NCBI GenBank assembly: GCA_964016885.1
Contig: OZ024740.1
Coordinates: 198,400,001-198,464,000, forward strand
Source: Eledone cirrhosa
Taxonomy: Eukaryota
Length of the DNA stretch: 64,000 nt
Direction: 5' to 3'
Program-made: the position numbers and the translations under genes
The notes under the pieces: model-generated
Told to the model about the DNA's origin: nothing
The model's input: only the letters and a program-made list of their open reading frames with translations
The model's database searches: none
In this document: piece after piece, positions 55,165 to 64,000 of the stretch
How positions within the stretch are numbered: the stretch's first letter is position 1
Layout of the letters: each line of letters begins with the position of its first letter

Positions 55165-58100
55165 GTACATGATAAGTAGCATCTCCAACAGCAGCCTGGT
55201 AGTCAATCACTGGTCTTACTTTATGACTGCGAAGATGACTTTCGAGTCCAGATTTGCTTAGGCAGAGTCTGGCACATACGCTGCATGTCAGTACCATAGG
55301 AGGACCCTCGCCGTTTGGAAATGCAACAGCAATGCCCTTCCTCACATCCCGCTTTACTTTCTCGTATGCGATTCGAGATGCCTCAAAGGCAACTTTTCCC
55401 TCATATACAGACTTTCTCCATTTATTACGATCAGCAGTAATATTATCCCATGTATCAGCAGAGATGTTAGCGTCTTTCAAAGAGGCTATCAAGGAATCCT
55501 TATACCTCTTTTTTGGTTTATGTGGCGGTCGTTTTCCTTTAATTAACTCTCCATAAAAGAGTTGTTTTGGTATTCTAGAATCCTTCATCTTTGCAAGGTG
55601 ACCACTCCAACGCAGTCGTTGCTTAAGCACAAGAGCTTCTATACTGTCACACATAGAGTTTTCCAAAATCCGACATCACTGATGTGGTCCCTCCAGTGAA
55701 CGCCATGGATCTGTCTGAGACACATCTGATGGAAACGCTCCAATTGCTTAAGGTGGTGTCGATATGAGAACCAAGTTCTCGCAGGCATAAAGATGATAAG
55801 AGAGCATACATGCCTTGTACACCTTTACTTTTGTCTTCTTGCATATGTCTCGCCGACCGCATAGTCCACTTTCTCGCTTTCTGAAAGGATCACTTACTTT
55901 CCTAATCCTAAGTGAGATTTCACTATCAAGGTTGCTGTATCGATTGACAGTGCTTCCCAGGTAGACAAACTGATCAACTACTCCAAGTCGTTTACCATAC
56001 ACATAGATATTTGGTTCACTGTACTGCTTACCAGGGGCAGGTTGGTACATGACGACGGTTTTCTTGAGACTGACAGTCAATCCTAGGGCATTGCAAGCGT
56101 CAGAAAATGCATTCAACATGTGCTGCATATCACTCTCTGTGTGCGCTACAAGATCGTAATCATCTGCATACAAGAGGTCTCTTATGATTGAAGTAAATAA
56201 TTTTTGTCTTTGCAGCAAAGCGCCTGATGTTAAATATGCTGCCTGAGGTTAAATATGCTGCCTGAGATTCGATATCGGATGTAAACACCATGCTCGCAAT
56301 TCCTGAATGCAATATAGAAAACTATTGCAAAGTATATGGCAAACAGGGTCGGTGCTGGAATATCCCCCTGTTTCATTCCATTTTTTACTGAGATAGGCTC
56401 CGACATGTTACCTCCGACATTAACCCAAGCCTTCATGTCGTCATTGGAAGACCTAACCAAAGCAAGGAACTTATCAGGGCAACCAAGTTTCTGGAGAACC
56501 TTCCATAATGCATTTCTGTTAACTGTATCGAAAGCTTTTGTCAAATCGACAAAAACCTGATACAGATCCAAACCTTGTTCCATGGACTTCTCCTGGAGCT
56601 GTCTATCATATCAGTAGTGCCGCGTCCAGCACGAAAACCAGATTGACTTTCAGGAAGAACACAATCTGCAATGTGTGTCAGCAGACGATCCAGAAACACC
56701 TTACATAAAACTTTCCCTGCGACAGAGAAGCAATGATATACCTCTGTAGTTCCCACAATCATTCCTGTTACCCTTTCCCTTGTACAAGACCACCATTACT
56801 GCATCTCTCCAGTCCTCAGGTACGGATTCATTAGCCCATATCCTGCCAAACAAAGAGTGAAGATGTTGTAGAAGTCTCTCACCACCATATTGTAGGAGCT
56901 GAGCATGTATGCCATCCATACCTGGAGACCTTCCACTGTTCAGCTTCGAGATAGCCACTGCACCCTCCACAAGCGTCGGAGGTTCTGCGAGAGCTACTTT
57001 CACAGGACTTTCTGGAATGAGATTGAGGAAATCTTCATTGACGACAAACGGCTGATTCAAAAGATCATCAAAATTCTCTCGCCACCTTCGTAGAATCCCT
57101 TGTGAGTCACGAAGAAGTTCTTTCCCATCCTTGCTGCGAAGCGGTGTCACCAGAGAAGACGGTCCATAAACTTCAGGCAAGTGACTGTACAACAGCTTTG
57201 TGTTATTGGAATCTGACGCAGTTTGTATCTCATCAGCCTTCTCACAACACCACTGATCCTTCATCTGAGAAAGACTCCGCCTAACACGTGATTTCATATC
57301 CTTGAGTTCCTTATGCAACATATTCTTCTCCTGTGGTTTTGCCGTCAAGTAGCATGACAGAGCACAACTCTTATCAGCCAACAAGTCTTCTTTTGTACAT
57401 CATTCTCATTAAACCAGTCCTGATGTTTTCTCTGCACCAATCCCAGAACACGCCTGCCTACTTCACAAACCGACCTTTTAAGGGTCGGCCAATCCTCACC
57501 AAGGTCTGCAACCTGCATCTCTTCTTGCAATGTCCTCTTCTCATTTGTATCCATAAGACGAGCAGCAGTCAATCTTCTGGGAAGGGCAACACCAGGAGCC
57601 CGGATTTTACGTTTAGTGTTTAGTTTCACTTTTGCGCTACCAGGCGGTGGTCCGTCCAGCACTCAGCTCCACGAAGAGCACGAACACACTGCAGATCCGG
57701 TCTATCACGCATCCTGACTAGGACGTAGTCCAAAAGATGCCATTCATTAGATGCAGGATGCATCCATGTGGTCTTGAATTTGTTCTTTTGTTGGGACATG
57801 GTGTTGGTAACAAACAGATCCAGCTCCTCACACATCTGCAGAAGGAGCATACCATTGCTGTTACACTTTCCCACCCTATGTCTTCCGATTACATTCCATG
57901 TGTTAAAATCCCTACCCACTCTAGCATTAAAGTCACAAAGCACGATGACTTTGTCTGCCTGAGGGATATTTCTTAAAACACCTTTCAAAGCATGGTAAAA
58001 GGACACTTTTTCTTCATCGACAGAATTCATAGTTGGAGCATACACACTCACCAGGGTCGTATATCTTCCTTTGTCCAGCGCAATTCTCATGGACATATGA

Positions 58101-58550
58101 CGCTCACGAATCCCTACTGGGAATTCTTCTAATTTACTCACAAGAACAGTCTTAACAGCAAATGCTACCGCAGCCTCTCTTCTGGTTCCTTCATCTCTTC
58201 CTTTCCAGAAGAATGTATATTCTCCACAACATTCTGTAAGATGACCATCTCCAGCTAACCTCGTCTCGGATAAAGCCACGATGTCAAGATCGTAACGTCG
58301 AAGCTCCTTTGCAACAAGATCGGTCCTTCGTTCAGGACGCTCCAAGGAATCCCTGTCAAGCAGCGTCCGTACGTTCCAGCAGCTAAGACTAAATGCCTTG
58401 TTTGGCTCTATTACAGTGGCACGATGACAAGCGGGGCCAGGGTGTGATAACCTGGGACCCCTACCATTATTGCCAATTATCTTTTTTGTTCCAGAACCTT
58501 TATTGCCAATTATCTCTTTTATATTGTTTTGGAACATCATTGAATTGGGA
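55165..58550 (-). mobile_element. Near-complete RTE LINE ORF (APE-RT-C2H2), frameshifted
   Basis: CWNVRTLLDR, ALSETR, FRAGRGTTDM, FVDLTKAFDTV, QGDIPAPTLF, LLYADD, FVYLGS, RLRWSGH. Confidence 0.95.
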
Positions 58551-58571
58551 AAAAAAAATAATAGTAACAAC

Positions 58572-58602
<31 letters not shown>

Positions 58603-58874
58603 ACTAATAATAATAATAATAATAATGATTTCTTTATTAACCACAAGGGTTTACATAAAGTAAAAATTAAGGACAGTGCAGGACAATACAGGACGGTACA
58701 AATGGGCATTTCTGCGTGTAAAAAACAAAAACAGAGGATGTAACAAAAAATAACAATGAAACATTCCCCAATAGGGGGGAACGTCGGAGTGACATTTGTG
58801 GAGAAAGCCCAGTAAAAGGCCACAGTGACCCTGACCACCAAGGCAAGTGCCCTCTCCCAGTTTTCCATCTTTAA

Positions 58875-61800
58875 TTTACAGATACGTACTCACAGTAGGC
58901 CCATTCACTCGGACCATTCTTGCTTCTCTCACTCATCTTTCAACAAAATGCTGGGAAGAGAGCACTTCCCTTTCTACCCTGCTTTTCCTTTTCAAGTGTA
59001 ATTTGAAAAAGTTAATCAGGGCATCACCGTAGAGGTAAGTGTTCGTCTTCAGCCCTTTCAAACGTGTCCACCATACTATCTCTTTCGCCATGGCCACCAG
59101 ACAGATAAAAACTGCCTGCCCTTCCCGGCTAAAGGAAGACGGCGGGGCAATCCTCACGATGCACTCAGCTGATAGCCGGATTCGTCCCACACGCGACAGA
59201 AGATGTTCGACATAAAACAACAAGTCAGCAATGCTCGGACACTGGACGAGTGCGTGCAGGACGGTTTCGTCGCCCTGCGCGCATCTCGGACATGCCCGGC
59301 TGACGGCACCTCCATGCCTATAGAGTTTATCCCGAACTGGCAAAGCTCCTCGGTAGCACTGCCAGGCCAGGGATTTCTGGAAGTTGTCCATAGGCCCCGG
59401 CCCGAAAGTTCTTCCGAAGAGATTGGCTAGTTGATTTTCGTCGACGCCTAGAGTTTCCTCAAGTACGTCGTCGCTCTTCCCCTCCACTAATCCTCTATAG
59501 AACGCCAAGGTGGATTTTCCACCGATCACATTGCCCGATTGGTCGAGGACTGTGAGCGCTGAAGACATTCCGGTCTCCAAGCGCTCCCTCTCGGTCTTCG
59601 CTTGACCCAGGATGCAGCTCCGTCAAGGAGACGAGCTGGGGAAATACGTGTCTAGCAAACGGAGACCACACCTGATCACCGTCGAGGAAGAGGTGGAGAT
59701 GTCGTAGCCTGAGCGCGTGTCTGCGTATCATCAGCCACGGAATTCCCAGCCCTCCGCGTAGCGGGTGTTGGCAGCAGATGGACCGCCTGACTATCGGAGC
59801 GCGTCCCTTCCACAAAAAGCGAAAGAGCAAACGCTCCAGCGCAGTCAGGCGGGGCTTAGTACAAGGTACGACGGTCAGGCAGTAGTAGATGACGGACGCG
59901 ATATACGCGTTAGCCACCTCCGCTCGACCTTTCAGGGATAGCTTCCTCTCCGCCCATTTCTGGGTGAGAGAAGCCACCCTGCTCGTCACCTCGTCCCAGT
60001 CTTTGTCTGTCTGGAGATCCGGACCGAACCAGACGCCGAGTAATTTAACTGGTCCGTCCGTCCAGCGCCCGACGACGCTGTTGGACGGAATGGACGTGCC
60101 TCTCCAGGTGCCGAGCTGCAGGTCCACTGACTTTTCCTGGTTGATCATTGCTCCTGTCACCGCTTCGTTTTCTCTTAGTGTAGTGCCGATCGCCTCGATG
60201 TGTTTGGCGTTTGACACCACTATGATGACATCGTCCGCATATGGTGACACGAATCTTCCGCATCCTAGTTCGCGCGGGACCCCCCTCAACGTCTCCAGTT
60301 TGTGCAGTAAAGGCTCGAGAGTCAATACGTACAAGAGGGACGAGAGGGGACATCCTTGGCGGACCGAGCGCATGATGTTGAACGGTTCCGAAAGGTGACC
60401 GTTCACTCTCACCACAGAGCAGATGTCGCTGTGCATGGCAGCGATCCAGCCTCTGAAGACGGGCCCAAAGCCAGCCGCCCTCAGGACTGCCGCTAGGTAA
60501 CGATGGTCGACCCTACCGAAAGCTTTTGACTGATCTAAATTGATCAAGGACCCACCTGTGCCAGGTTCCCTAGCTACCCTCTCTACGATGTATCGCATGA
60601 GGTGGAGGTTGTCGTCGATGGATCTGTCGGGAATGGCGCATTTGTTCGCCACTCACACCAGACCACCAACGACAAGCGCCAACCTCTTTGCTAGCACCTT
60701 GGCCAAAATCTTGAACTCTGTGTATAGCAGAGTTATGGGCCTAACATATCTATGTAATCCCCCTTGTTCGGATCCTTTCTCAGCAGCGCCACAGCTCCTC
60801 GGCTCACAGAGCTGGGAATTCTCCCGTTCTGTTGCCAGTTGCAGTAGACGTCCGCCAAGAGGCCTCCGAACAAGTCTGGCATCTGTACGTAAAGTTCATA
60901 GGGCAGACCATCCAAACCAGGCGATTTACCCCTTGTGCAACTAGTCATTGCCTCCCGTACTTCAGCGGCTGTTATCGAGAGCCGCGGCAGTCCGTCGAGG
61001 TAGACACTAAAGTCCATCCCTCGATGCGGCCCGCTGCTGCTCCCGTACAACTGAGCGAAGTGTCGCTGAAAAACTTCACACATTTGTCCGGGATCGAGTA
61101 GCATGCGGCCGTCGTGATCCACCAAAGAAGGATCGAGGCTTTGTTGCCACGATGCGCCTCCGCCACTCGGGCCCATTGAACGGCTTTCGTCCCCTCGTGT
61201 CTGAGAGCACGCACCCTAGCTCTGACAACGCAACCTTCGAGCTTTGCATTGAAGAATTGGTCAAGGGCCAATTTCGCCGCAAGTACGTCGGTCGCGTTGC
61301 CTTTGCTAAGCGCTTCGTCTAATTTTCTAACTAATTCTCCCTCTGCTCTATTTTTCTCTATTGCTAAAGCCTTACTAAACCTAATGGACTCTATTCTAAT
61401 TGCTCTTTTCAGAGCAAACCACCACTTGTTGTTGGCGATGGCCCCTGTCAACGCCCGCTTAACTAGTTCGCTAATCCGGTCTCTGTAGGCCTTGCGCGCT
61501 GGTAAGGACGAGTCTAGCCTCCAGTAGCCGGATCCTCGTATATGAAGCCTATCTAAATCAAGTACACAGATCACGAATTTGTGGTCCGTGTAGCTGACTA
61601 TCTTGAATTGTGAACAGCCTATGCTAGACCTATCTATATCTCTACAAAATACTCTATCTAGATATGATCTGGATGACCCTATACGATTTGTCCAAGTCCA
61701 CATTGGCACATTCGGGAAATCCAATCGGTACCTGTCAGACAGTTCAAAACGCCTGAGCAGGTTGGTGAGGCTCTTGCACCCTCCTCCCCTATCCGCTAAT

Positions 61801-62244
61801 CCCACACAGTGCCAGTGTGCATCTAAGATCCCGTTCCAGTCGCCCACTAACACTAAAGAGCGGGACGTTCCAAGAAAGGTCTCCAGACACCGGAAGAGAT
61901 CAGGCCACCCTGCTCCTGTCGGGGCATAGACGGCCACTAGCCTGAAAGCTTGGCCGTCTCCGCTGGTCACGTCTAGCACCACCAACTTACCCTCTGGGTC
62001 CAGGAATATGGCCCGTATGGCGAGATCCAAACCTCTCCGAAAAAGCACAGCAACTCCTCCCACCGATCCCGGACGGCTGGGAGATGCGTACAAATTCTAG
62101 CCGTCGAAGATCGGTGCGAAAGCCCGTGCTTCGGAGATTCTGGTCTCGCTGATGGCCACTACAACTATATTTAGTGACCTGAGGTCGTTGAGCAGGTGGC
62201 CCTGCTTCCATGACGACCCCAAGCCAGAGTCTGAGTGAGGTCAT
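58875..62244 (-). pseudogene. Tx1 ORF2 (APE endonuclease, RT, C-terminal CCHC), disrupted
   Basis: VAVYAP, VGDWN, SYLDRV, TDH, KSPGLDGLPYELY, LDQSKAF, SVRQGCPLS, YADD, CPRC..ETVLHALVQC. Confidence 0.95.
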
Positions 62245-62278
62245 GTTGAAATGGAATGGGAAAGATGGGAAAGACCAC

Positions 62279-63962
62279 TTACTTTACTTCTCGTACAGGA
62301 AGGATGGTTTGTCCATCCTTTTCACTGCTTGTGGCCTCCTCCGGAAGGATGTCCTTATAAATCCTCCTGGAGTGTGTTTGTCGGAAGTCTCCGATGTCTT
62401 TGGGGAATTTTTGTTTTAGTGTCGTGTACGTTTTCTGTGTGATGCGAGTGATTTGTATGTGTGGAGGTGGTGTGAACTTTTGGGTTGTTGTGTAGTCTTT
62501 TTCTGTGATGCTGGTGTTGTGTTGCATGTAGTGTAATAATTGGTTGTTGTTCAAATTTAATGCTGTGTAGTATGTATCGTTTTGGTTGTTTTGTTTTGTT
62601 TGCGTTTGTTGTGGGTTTGTTTCTGTTACGCTTTTTGGTGACTTTTGTGGTGTTGGTGATGGTGGTGTTGGGGTTAATGATGGTGATGGTGTTGGTGTTT
62701 GTGGTGATGGGGTTGGTGATGCTGGTGTGGATGGTGGCATATCTGTCTTAACTTTCTTGTTCGATAATTTATTTGTTTCCCTCTGTATTTTGTTTTTTGA
62801 GGGGGAAGGAAGAGAATTTTTTCTTTTTTGGTTTCTTTTTTTTTTCTTTTTTCGTGATACCGTTTCCCACTCCTCGTCGTCACAATCTGTCTCCAGTTGC
62901 GATAAGCCGGGGAGTGGAAAATCCTCCACAGGCGTTGGTTTTGGTTGTGGCGTGGTGGATGGTGTAGGCGCTGGTCCTAGTTCTGGGGCGTTGGGTGGCG
63001 GTGGTGTTGGTTTTGCTACTGTTGCTGGGGTTGTTGCTGTTACAGTTGCTTCTGTTGTTGCTGCTACAGTTGTCGCTGCTATTTCTGCTGCTGGTGGTGT
63101 TGATGGTTGAGTCACTGGGGTGGGTAAGAGAGGTGGCCTCAACCTTTTAGCCTGAGGGCAAAAAGCCCTTAGGTGGGTTCCTTCACCACAAACGACACAC
63201 CTAGGTCTTCTGCCCTCGACGATTACGGTGAGGTGGCTGTCGTCAGTGAGGTCTATTACCTCTGGGGTCTCCTCAATGCTTTTATGGTCCGCTTGGATCA
63301 GGAGCTCCAACCCAGATCCGGACCAGTTCTCCTGCTTTTCTTTTGCTATTTCTATTATATCGGTGTTGGCCTCGATGCCGGCGAGGACGGCATCCATTAG
63401 CCAGGTAATTTCGATGGCCGGTGGAACGTGGGTCACCCTGATCTTCACAAGTCTCTGGCCACAATAGCTTGGGATGAGTGTGAAGTCGTCACTTCTTAAT
63501 GGGGTCATGGAGTGTTCTCTGGACTCCTGTGGTGTTTCAAAGAACACGTCCACGGTTCCATACTTCTGCCCACGTCTGATGTGGGGTTTTTTTTGCCCAC
63601 ACATGTCCCAAAGCTTTTTGGATTTGGGACTCGGATGCCCGTTCCACTCGGCGCGATTTTGTTTATTGTCCGATAAGACACGGTGCATAGGCGACGTTGC
63701 TCCATTTTATTAGGTGGGGGGTGAGGCTGACCCTGTACCCATATTTCTTTACCATTCCTTTGGCTTCAACTAATTCTCCTTGAGTTACCTGGATCTCTTC
63801 GCACGTTTTTGCTACTCTGGCAAAACTCAGGGTAGTTTTCTTAATTTCATTGTTGCCGTTGTTATTATCGTTATTTTTGCTATTGTTAATTTTAGTTTCA
63901 GTTGTGGTGGTGGTGGCGTCAGTGGTGTTCGGTGTGGAAGAGTTCATTTTGGTTGAATTCAT
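62279..63962 (-). pseudogene. Tx1 ORF1 (gag-like, CCHC knuckle, Pro/Thr-rich), one frameshift near 63670
   Basis: SFARVA, VEGRRPRCVVCGEGTHLRAFCP, EEWETVSRKKKK. Confidence 0.85.
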
Positions 63963-64000
63963 TTCGATATCATGAATTAATTAATTTTTTTCCTTTGTTT

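Larger units (their letters stand above)
58626..64000 (-). mobile_element. Near full-length Tx1-clade LINE
   Basis: ORF1, ORF2, 3' UTR and (TTA)n tail; 5' end runs off the window. Confidence 0.95.

Noticed and set aside
57626-58600. Signal-peptide-like poly-Leu N-terminus on the 324-aa ORF
   Set aside because: Derived from the (TTA)n tail of the neighbouring Tx1 read in frame with the RTE endonuclease

Overview
AT-rich eukaryotic repeat-dense DNA with no recognisable host gene. The SINE families and repeat landscape suggest a cephalopod (Octopus-like) genome, which is an inference. The window holds kilobase (TA)n/(TATG)n tracts, decayed LINEs (a near-full-length Tx1 at 58.6-64 kb, several RTE copies, an R4/Dong-like fragment), tRNA-derived SINEs, and mariner, Chapaev-like and Helitron-like DNA elements. 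The ORF track misses the main signal: more than 10 distinct short families, nearly all inserted in (TA)n, carry hammerhead ribozyme (HHR) motifs and Penelope-like (PLE) pseudo-LTR architecture (inverted or partial-tandem repeats, GIY-YIG and RT remnants). These include a near-identical 560-bp HHR tandem array and a 470-bp HHR monomer, both retrozyme-like. One family, at three loci (2.3, 8.6 and 29.1-29.5 kb), has its hammerhead strands in a non-circularly permuted order (UH strand, then GAAA strand, then CUGAUGA strand) with compensatory stem I changes, making it a candidate topologically rearranged ribozyme. All structures were read by eye; no folding or database search was run.
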